64,000 nucleotides of DNA. Origin: Eledone cirrhosa. Taxonomy: Eukaryota. Every line of letters begins with the position of its first letter. Position 1 is the stretch's first letter. The notes beneath the pieces are model-generated. The model made no database searches, was not told where the DNA came from, and saw nothing but the letters and a program-made list of their open reading frames with translations. Positions 53,601 to 64,000 of the stretch are shown one piece after another. The translations under genes and the position numbers were made by a program. The stretch spans positions 413,726,001 through 413,790,000 of the forward strand of contig OZ024741.1 of the NCBI GenBank assembly GCA_964016885.1, given 5' to 3'.

Positions 53601-56600
53601 TCACTGACACGACCACTTTACAGTGTGGACTGAGGACCTTTGTCATGTCACCGACACGACTACTTTACAGTGTGGACTGAGGACCTTTGTCATGTCACCT
53701 ACATGACCACTTTACAGTGTGGACTGAGGACCTTTGTCATGTCACCTGCATGATCACTTTACAGTGTGGACTGAGGACCTTTGAAATGTCACCGACATGA
53801 CCACTTTACAGTGTGGACTGAGGACCTTTGTCATGTCACCGACATGACCACTTTACAGTGTGGACTGAGGACCTTTGTCATGTCCCTGATATGACCACTT
53901 TACAGTGTGGACTGAGGACCTTTGTCATGTCACCGACATGACTACTTTACAGTGTGGACTGAGGACCTTTGTCATGTCACTGACATGACCACTTTACAGT
54001 TGGACTGAGGGCCTTTGTCATGTCACCGACACGACCACTTTACAGTGTGGACTGAGGACCTTTGTCATGTCACCGACACGACCACGTTAAAGTGTGGACT
54101 GAGGACCTTTGTCATGTCACCGACATGACCACTTTACAGTGTGGACTGAGGACCTTTGTCATGTCACCTACATCACCACTTTACAGTGTGGACTGAGGAC
54201 CTTTATCACGTCCCCAACATGACCACGTTACAGTGTGGACTGACGACCTTTGTCATGTCACCGACACGACCACTTTACAGTGTGGACTGAGGGTCTTTGT
54301 CATGTCACCGACACGACCACTTTACAATGTGGACTGAGGACCTTTGTCATGTCACCATGACCACTTTACAGTGTGGACTGAGGACCTTTGTCATGTCACC
54401 GACGTGACCACTTTACAGTGTGGACTGAGGACCTTGTCATGACACTGACACGTCCACTTTCCAGTGTGGACTGATGACCTTTGTCATGTCACTATGACCA
54501 CTTTACAGTGTGGACTGAGGACCTATATCACGTCCCCAACATGACCACTTCACGGTGTGGGCTGAGGACCTTTGTCATGTCACTGACACGACCACTTTAC
54601 AGTGTGGACTGAGGACCTTTGTCATGTCACTGACATAACCACTTTACAGTTTGGACTGAGGACCTTTGTCATGTCACCGACATGACCACTTTACAGTGTG
54701 GACTGAGGACCTTTGTCATGTCACCGACATGACCACTTTACAGTTTGGACTGAGGACCTTTGTCATGTCACGGACATGACCACTTTACAGTGTGGACTGA
54801 GGACCTTTATCATGTCCCCGACATGACCACTTTACAGTGTGGGCTGAGGACCTTTGTCATGTCACCAGCATGACCACTTTACAGTGTGGACTGAGGACCT
54901 TTGTCATGTCCCCGACATGACCACTTTACAGTGTGGACTGAGGACCTTTGTCATGTCACTGACACAACCACTTTACAGTGTGGACTAAGGACCTTTGTCA
55001 TGACACCTACATGACCACTTTACAGTATGGACTGATGACCTTTGTCATGTCGCGGACATGACCACTTTACAGAGTGGACTGAGGACCTTTGTCATGTCAC
55101 CTACATGACAACTTTACAGTGTGGACTGAGGACCTTTATCATGTCCCCGACATGACCACATTACAGTGTGGACTGAGGACCTTTGTCATGTCACCAGCAT
55201 GACCACTTTACAGTGTGGACTGAGGACATTTGTCATGTCACCGACACGACCACTTTGCAGTGTGGACTGAGGACCTTTGTCATGTCACCAGCATGACCAC
55301 TTTACAGTGTGGACTGAGGACATTTGTCATGTCACCGACACGACCACGTTAAAGTGTGGACTGAGGACCTTTGTCATGTCACCTACATGACAACTTTACA
55401 GTGTGGACTGAGGACCTTTATCATGTCCCCGACATGACCACATTACAGTGTGGACTGAGGACCTTTGTCATGTCACCAGCATGACCACTTTACAGTGTGG
55501 ACTGAGGACATTTGTCATGTCACCGACACGACCACTTTACAGTGTGGACTGAGGACCTTTGTCATGTCACCAGCATGACCACTTTACAGTGTGGACTGAG
55601 GACATTTGTCATGTCACCGACACGACCACTTTACAGTTTGGACTGAGGACCTTTATCATGTCCCCGACATGACCACTTTACAGTGTGGACTGAGGACATT
55701 TGTCATGTCACCGACACGTCCACTTTACAGTGTGGACTGAGGACCTTTGTCATGTGATCTACATGACCACTTTACAGTGTGGACTGAGGACCTTTGTCAT
55801 GTCACCTACATGACCACTTTACAGTGGGGCCTGAGGACCTTTGTCATGTCACAAACACGACCACTTTACAGTGTGGACTGAGGACCTTTGTCATGTCTCC
55901 TACATGACCACTTTACAGTGGGGCCTGAGGACCTTTGTCATGTCACGGACATGACCACTTTACAGTGTGGTCTGAGAACTTTTGTCATGTCACTGACATG
56001 ACCACTTTACAGTGTGGACTGAGGACCTTTGTCATGTCACCGACATGACCACTTTACAGTGTGGACTGAGGACCTTTATCACGTCCCCAACATGACCACT
56101 TTACAGTGTGGGCTGAGCACCTTTGTCATGTCACCAGTATTACCACTTTACAGTGTGGACTGATGACCTTTGTCATGTCACCGACACAACCACTTTACAG
56201 TGTGTACTGAGGACCTTTGTCATGTCACCTACATCACCACTTTACAGTGTGGACTGAGGACCTTTATCACGTCCCCAACATGACCACTTTACAGTGTGGG
56301 CTGAGGACCTTTGTCATGTCACCAGCATGACCACTTTACAGTGTGGACTGAGGACCTTTGTCATGTCACTGACACGACCACTTTACAGTGTGGACTGAGG
56401 ACCTTTGTCATGTCACCGACACGACTACTTTACAGTGTGGACTGAGGACCTTTGTCATGTCACCTACATGACCACTTTACAGTGTGGACTGAGGACCTTT
56501 GTCATGTCACCTGCATGATCACTTTACAGTGTGGACTGAGGACCTTTGAAATGTCACCGACATGACCACTTTACAGTGTAGACTGAGGACCTTTGTCATG

Positions 56601-59600
56601 TCACCGACATGACCACTTTACAGTGTGGACTGAGGACCTTTGTCATGTCCCTGATATGACCACTTTACAGTGTGGACTGAGGACCTTTGTCATGTCACCG
56701 ACATGACTACTTTACAGTGTGGACTGAGGACCTTTGTCATGTCACTGACATGACCACTTTACAGTTGGACTGAGGGCCTTTGTCATGTCACCGACACGAC
56801 CACTTTACAGTGTGGACTGAGGACCTTTGTCATGTCACCGACACGACCACGTTAAAGTGTGGACTGAGGACCTTTGTCATGTCACCGACATGACCACTTT
56901 ACAGTGTGGACTGAGGACCTTTGTCATGTCACCTACATCACCACTTTACAGTGTGGACTGAGGATCTTTATCACGTCCCCAACATGACCACTTTACAGTG
57001 TGGACTGAGGACCTTTGTCATGTCACCTACATGACCACTTTACAGTGTGGACTGAGGACCTTTGTCATGTCACCTACACGACCACTTTACAGTGTGGACT
57101 GAGGACCATTGTCATGTCACCGACACGACCACTTTACAGTGTGGACTGAGGACCTTTGTCATGTCACCGACATGACAACTTTACAGTGTGGACTGAGGAC
57201 CTTTATCATGTCCCCGACATGACCACTTTACAGTGTGGACTGAGGACCTTTGTCATGTCACCAACTTGACCACTTTACAGTGTAGACTGAGGACCTTTGT
57301 CGTGTCACCGACATGACCACTTTACAGTGTGAACTGAGGACCTTTGTCATGTCACCGACATGACCACTTTACAGTGTGGACTGAGGACCTTTGTCATGTC
57401 ACCGACACGACCACTTTACAGTGTGGACTGAGGACCTTTGTCATGTCACCTACACGACCACTTTACAGTGTGGACTGAGGACCTTTGTCATGTCACCGAC
57501 ACGACCACTTTACAGTGTCGACTGAGGACCTTTGTCATGTCCCCGACATGACCACTTTACAGTGTGGACTGAGGACCTTTGTCATGTCACCTACATGACC
57601 ACTTTACAGTGTGGACTGAGGACCTTTGTCATGTCACAGACACGACCACTTTGCAGTGTAGACTGAGGACCTTTGTCATGTCACCGACACGACCACTTTA
57701 CAGTGTGGACTGAGGACGTTTGTCATGTCGCCTACATGACCACTTTACATTGTGGACTGAGGACCTTTGTCATGTCACCTACATGACCACTTTACAGTGT
57801 GGACTGAGGACCTTTGTCATGTCACCGACACGACCACTTTACAGTGTGGACTGAGGACCTTTGTCATGTAACCTACATGACCACTTTACAGTGTGGACTG
57901 AGGACCTTTATCACGTCCCCAACATGACCACTTTACAGTGTGGACTGAGGACCTTTGTCATGTCACTGACATGACCACTTTACAGTGTGGACTGAGGACC
58001 TTTGTCATGTCACCTACATGACCACTTTACAGTGTGGACTGAGGACCTTTGTCATGTCACCGACATGACCACTTTACAGTGTGGACTGAGGACTTTTGTC
58101 ATGTCACCGACACGACCACTTTACAGTGTGGACTGAGGACCTTTGTCATGTCACCTACATGACCACTTTACAGTGTGGACTGAGGACCTTTGTCATGTCA
58201 CCTACATGACCACTTTACAGTGTGGACTGAGGACCTTTGTCATGTCACCTGCATGACCACTTTACAGTGTGGACTGAGGGTCTTTGTCATGTCACCGACA
58301 CGTCCACGTTACAGTGTGGACTGAGGACCTTTGTCATGTCACCGGCATGACCACTTTACAGTGTGGACTGAGGGTCTTTGTCATGTCACCGACACGTCCA
58401 CGTTACAGTGTGGACTGACGACCTTTGTCATGTCACCGACACGACCACTTTACAGTGTGGACTGAGGGTCTTTGTCATGTCACCGACACGACCACTTTAC
58501 AATGTGGACTGAGGACCTTTGTCATGTCACCATGACCACTTTACAGTGTGGACTGAGGACCTTTGTCATGTCACCGACGTGACCACTTTACAGTGTGGAC
58601 TGAGGACCTTGTCATGACACTGACACGTCCACTTTCCAGTGTGGACTGATGACCTTTGTCATGTCACCATGACCACTTTACAGTGTGGACTGAGGACCTA
58701 TATCACGTCCCCAACATGACCACTTCACGGTGTGGGCTGAGGACCTTTGTCATGTCACTGACACGACCACTTTACAGTGTGGACTGAGGACCTTTGTCAT
58801 GTCACTGACATAACCACTTTACAGTTTGGACTGAGGACCTTTGTCATGTCACCGACATGACCACTTTACAGTGTGGACTGAGGACCTTTGTCATGTCACC
58901 GACATGACCACTTTACAGTTTGGACTGAGGACCTTTGTCATGTCACAGACATGACCACTTTACAGTGTGGACTGAGGACCTTTATCATGTCCCCGACATG
59001 ACCACTTTACAGTGTGGGCTGAGGACCTTTGTCATGTCACCAGCATGACCACTTTACAGTGTGGACTGAGGACCTTTGTCATGTCCCCGACATGACCACT
59101 TTACAGTGTGGACTGAGGACCTTTGTCATGTCACTGACACAACCACTTTACAGTGTGGACTAAGGACCTTTGTCATGACACCTACATGACCACTTTACAG
59201 TATGGACTGATGACCTTTGTCATGTCGCGGACATGACCACTTTACAGAGTGGACTGAGGACCTTTGTCATGTGACCTACATGACCACTTTACAGTGTGGA
59301 CTGAGGACCTTTGTCATGTCACCTACATGACCACTTTACAGTGGGGCCTGAGGACCTTTGTCATGTCACCGACACGACCACTTTACAGTGTGGACTGAGG
59401 ACCTTTGTCATGTGACCTACATGACCACTTTACAGTGTGGACTGACGACCTTTGTCATGTCACCTACATGACCACTTTACAGTTGGACTGAGGACCTTTG
59501 TCATGTCACCTACATGACCACTTTACAGTGTGGACTGAGGACCTTTGTCATGTCACCTACATGACCACTTTACAGTGTGAACTGAGGACCTTTATCATGT

Positions 59601-62600
59601 CACCTACATGACCACTTTACAGTGTGGACTGAGGACTTTTGTCATGTCACCGACATGACCACTTTACAGTGTGGACTGAGGACCTTTGTCATGTCACCTA
59701 CATGACCACTTTACAGTGTGGACTGAAGTCCTTTGTCATGACCCCGACACGACCACTTTCAAGTGTCGACTGAGGACCTTTGTCATGTCATCTACATGAC
59801 CACTTTACAGTGTGGACTGAGGACCTTTGTCATGTCACCTACATGACCACTTTACAGTGTGGACTGAGGACCTTTGTCATGTCACAGACACGACCACTTT
59901 ACAGTGTGGACTGAGGACCTTTGTCATGTCACCGACACAACCACTTTACAGTGTGGACTGAGGACGTTTGTCATGTCACCTACATGACCACTTTACATTG
60001 TGGACTGAGGACCTTTGTCATGTCACCTACATGACCACTTTACAGTGTGGACTGAGAACCTTTGTCATGTCACCTGCATGACCACTTTACAGTGTGGACT
60101 GAGGACCTTTGTCATGTCACCTACATGACCACTTTCCATAGTGGACTGAGGACCTTTGTCATGTCACTAACAGGACCAATTTACAGTGTGGACTGAGGAC
60201 CTTTGTCATGTCACCTACATGACAACTTTACAGTGTGGACTGAGGACCTTTATCATGTCCCCGACATGACCACTTTACAGTGTGGACTGAGGACCTTTGT
60301 CATGTCACCAGCATGACCACTTTACAGTGTGGACTGAGGACATTTGTCATGTCACCGACACGACCACTTTACAGTGTGGACTGAGGACCTTTGTCATACC
60401 ACCAGCATGACCACTTTACAGTGTGGACTGAGGACCTTTATCACGTCCCCAACATGACCACTTTACAGTGTGGGCTGAGCACCTTTGTCATGTCACCAGT
60501 ATTACCACTTTACAGTGTGGACTGATGACCTTTGTCATGTCACCGACACAACCACTTTACAGTGTGTACTGAGGACCTTTGTCATGTCACCTACATCACC
60601 ACTTTACAGTGTGGACTGAGGACCTTTATCACGTCCCCAACATGACCACTTTACAGTGTGGGCTGAGGACCTTTGTCATGTCACCAGCATGACCACTTTA
60701 CAGTGTGGACTGAGGACCTTTGTCATGTCACTGACACGACCACTTTACAGTGTGGACTGAGGACCTTTGTCATGTCACCGACACGACTACTTCACAGTGT
60801 GGACTGAGGACCTTTGTCATGTCACCTACATGACCACTTTACAGTGTGGACTGAGGACCTTTGTCATGTCACCTGCATGATCACTTTACAGTGTGGACTG
60901 AGGACCTTTGAAATGTCACCGACATGACCACTTTACAGTGTGGACTGAGGACCTTTGTCATGTCACCGACATGACCACTTTACAGTGTGGACTGAGGACC
61001 TTTGTCATGTCCCTGATATGACCACTTTACAGTGTGGACTGAGGACCTTTGTCATGTCACCGACACGACTACTTTACAGTGTGGACTGAGGACCTTTGTC
61101 ATGTCACTGACATGACCACTTTAAAGTGTGGACTGAGGACCTTTGTCATGTCACCGACACGACCACTTTACAGTGTCGACTGAGGACCTTTGTCATGTCA
61201 TCTACATGACCACTTTACAGTGTGGACTGAGGACCTTTGTCATGTCACCTACATGACCACTTTACAGTGTGGACTGAGGACCTTTGTCATGTCACAGACA
61301 CGACCACTTTGCAGTGTAGACTGAGGACCTTTGTCATGTCACCGACACGACCACTTCACAGTGTGGACTGAGGACGTTTGTCATGTCGCCTACATGACCA
61401 CTTTACATTGTGGACTGAGGACCTTTGTCATGTCACCTACATGACAACTTTACAGTGTGGACTGAGGACCTTTGTCATGTCACCGACACGACCACTTTAC
61501 AGTGTGGACTGAGGACCTTTGTCATGTAACCTACATGACCACTTTACAGTGTGGACTGAGGACCTTTAACACGTCCCCAACATGAGCACTTTACAGTGTG
61601 GACTGAGGACCTTTGTCATGTCACTGACATGACCACTTTACAGTGTGGACTGAGGACCTTTGTCATGTCACCTACATGACCACTTTACAGTGTGGACTGA
61701 GGACCTTTGTCATGTCACCGACATGACCACTTTACAGTGTGGACTGAGGACTTTTGTCATGTCACCGACACGACCACTTTACAGTGTGGACTGAGGACCT
61801 TTGTCATGTCACCTACATGACCACTTTACAGTGTGGACTGAGGACCTTTGTCATGTCACCGACACGACCACTTTACAGTGTGGACTGAGGACCTTTGTCA
61901 TGTCACCTACATGACCACTTTACAGTGTGGACTGAGGACCTTTGTCATGTCACCTGCATGACCACTTTACAGTGTGGACTGAGGGTCTTTGTCATGTCAC
62001 CGACACGTCCACGTTACAGTGTGGACTGAGGACCTTTGTCATGTCACCTGCATGATCACTTTACAGTGTGGACTGAGGACCTTTGTCATGTCACCGGCAT
62101 GACCACTTTACAGTGTGGACTGAGGGTCTTTGTCATGTCACCGACACGTCCACGTTACAGTGTGGACTGACGACCTTTGTCATGTCACCGACACGACCAC
62201 TTTACAGTGTGGACTGAGGGTCTTTGTCATGTCACCGACACGACCACTTTACAATGTGGACTGAGGACCTTTGTCATGTCACCATGACCACTTTACAGTG
62301 TGGACTGAGGACCTTTGTCATGTCACCGACGTGACCACTTTACAGTGTGGACTGAGGACCTTGTCATGACACTGACACGTCCACTTTCCAGTGTGGACTG
62401 ATGACCTTTGTCATGTCACCATGACCACTTTACAGTGTGGACTGAGGACCTATATCACGTCCCCAACATGACCACTTCACGGTGTGGGCTGAGGACCTTT
62501 GTCATGTCACTGACACGACCACTTTACAGTGTGAACTGAGGACCTTTGTCATGTCACTGACATAACCACTTTACAGTTTGGACTGAGGACCTTTGTCATG

Positions 62601-64000
62601 TCACCGACATGACCACTTTACAGTGTGGACTGAGGACCTTTGTCATGTCACCGACATGACCACTTTACAGTTTGGACTGAGGATCTTTGTCATGTCACTG
62701 ACATGACCACTTTACAGTGTGGACTGAGGACCTTTATCATGTCCCCGACATGACCACTTTACAGTGTGGGCTGAGGACCTTTGTCATGTCACCAGCATGA
62801 CCACTTTACAGTGTGGACTGAGGACCTTTGTCATGTCCCCGACATGACCACTTTACAGTGTGGACTGAGGACCTTTGTCATGTCACTGACACAACCACTT
62901 TACAGTGTGGACTAAGGACCTTTGTCATGACACCTACATGACCACTTTACAGTATGGACTGATGACCTTTGTCATGTCGCGGACATGACCACTTTACAGA
63001 GTGGACTGAGGACCTTTGTCATGTGACCTACATGACCACTTTACAGTGTGGACTGAGGACCTTTGTCATGTCACCTACATGACCACTTTACAGTGGGGCC
63101 TGAGGACCTTTGTCATGTCACCGACACGACCACTTTACAGTGTGGACTGAGGACCTTTGTCATGTGACCTACATGACCACTTTACAGTGTGGACTGACGA
63201 CCTTTGTCATGTCACCTACATGACCACTTTACAGTTGGACTGAGGACCTTTGTCATGTCACCGACATGACCACTTTACAGTGTGGACTGAGGACCTTTGT
63301 CATGTCACCTACATGACCACTTTACAGTGTGAACTGAGGACCTTTATCATGTCACCTACATGACCACTTTACAGTGGGGCCTGAGGACCTTTGTCATGTC
63401 ACCGACACGACCACTTTACAGTGTGGACTGAGGACCTTTGTCATGTCACCTACATGACAACTTTACAGTGTGGACTGAGGACCTTTATCATGTCCCCGAC
63501 ATGACCACATTACAGTGTGGACTGAGGACCTTTGTCATGTCACCAGCATGACCACTTTACAGTGTGGACTGAGGACATTTGTCATGTCACCGACACGACC
63601 ACTTTACAGTGTGGACTGAGGACCTTTCTCATGTCACCAGCATGACCACTTTACAGTGTGGACTGAGGACCTTTGTCATGTCACTGACACGACCACTTTA
63701 CAGTGTGGACTGAGGACATTTGTCATGTCACCGACACGACCACTTTACAGTGTGGACTGAGGACCTTTATCATGTCCCCGACATGACCACTTTACAGTGT
63801 GGACTGAGGACATTTGTCATGTCACCGACACGTCCACTTTACAGTGTGGACTGAGGACCTTTGTCATGTGATCTACATGACCACTTTACAGTGTGGACTG
63901 AGGACCTTTGTCATGTCACCTACATGACCACTTTACAGTGGGGCCTGAGGACCTTTGTCATGTCACAAACACGACCACTTTACAGTGTGGACTGAGGACC
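23668..64000. repeat. Large 47-bp satellite array (~850 units), continuing past the window end
   Basis: Consensus GACCTTTGTCATGTCACCGACATGACCACTTTACAGTGTGGACTGAG. Period 47 (AGTGTGGACT at 23701 and 23748). Occasional 44-46-bp variants. Single orientation with no visible interruption. Confidence 0.99.

Noticed and set aside
23668-64000. CRISPR-like array (palindromic repeat with a variable segment)
   Set aside because: There are no unique spacers: the variable part is only a few nucleotides drawn from a small recurring set. There are no cas genes, and the context is eukaryotic.
23668-64000. Hammerhead ribozyme in the satellite unit (CTGAGGA followed by a hairpin)
   Set aside because: CTGAGGA fits CUGANGA, but no GAAA box follows the hairpin and stems I and III cannot be formed.

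Overview
Repeat-rich animal genomic DNA. The (TA)n/(CA)n-rich background and the RTE/SINE/Penelope content suggest a cephalopod such as octopus, but that is an inference. Bases 1-23.5 kb are a mosaic of 5'-truncated retroelements: three Penelope-like GIY-YIG fragments, RTE-type LINEs with matching SINE tails, a decayed CR1-like LINE, MITE-like fragments and several minisatellites. Four + strand exons lie among them (11549-11660, 16282-16415, 17703-17958, 22062-22156). They have canonical AG/GT sites and compatible phases and splice into 199 codons of an armadillo-like region followed by the start of a TIR domain (HVFISYS). From ~23.67 kb to the end of the window is a >40 kb array of ~850 copies of a 47-bp hairpin-containing unit. 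It appears to have grown out of the internal repeat of an RTE/SINE 3' tail and sits in the intron that interrupts the TIR domain. Several type I hammerhead ribozyme folds can be read in the Penelope termini and in a non-coding retrozyme-like element. One is a complete fold with a compensated U3-A8 core at 3842-3935.
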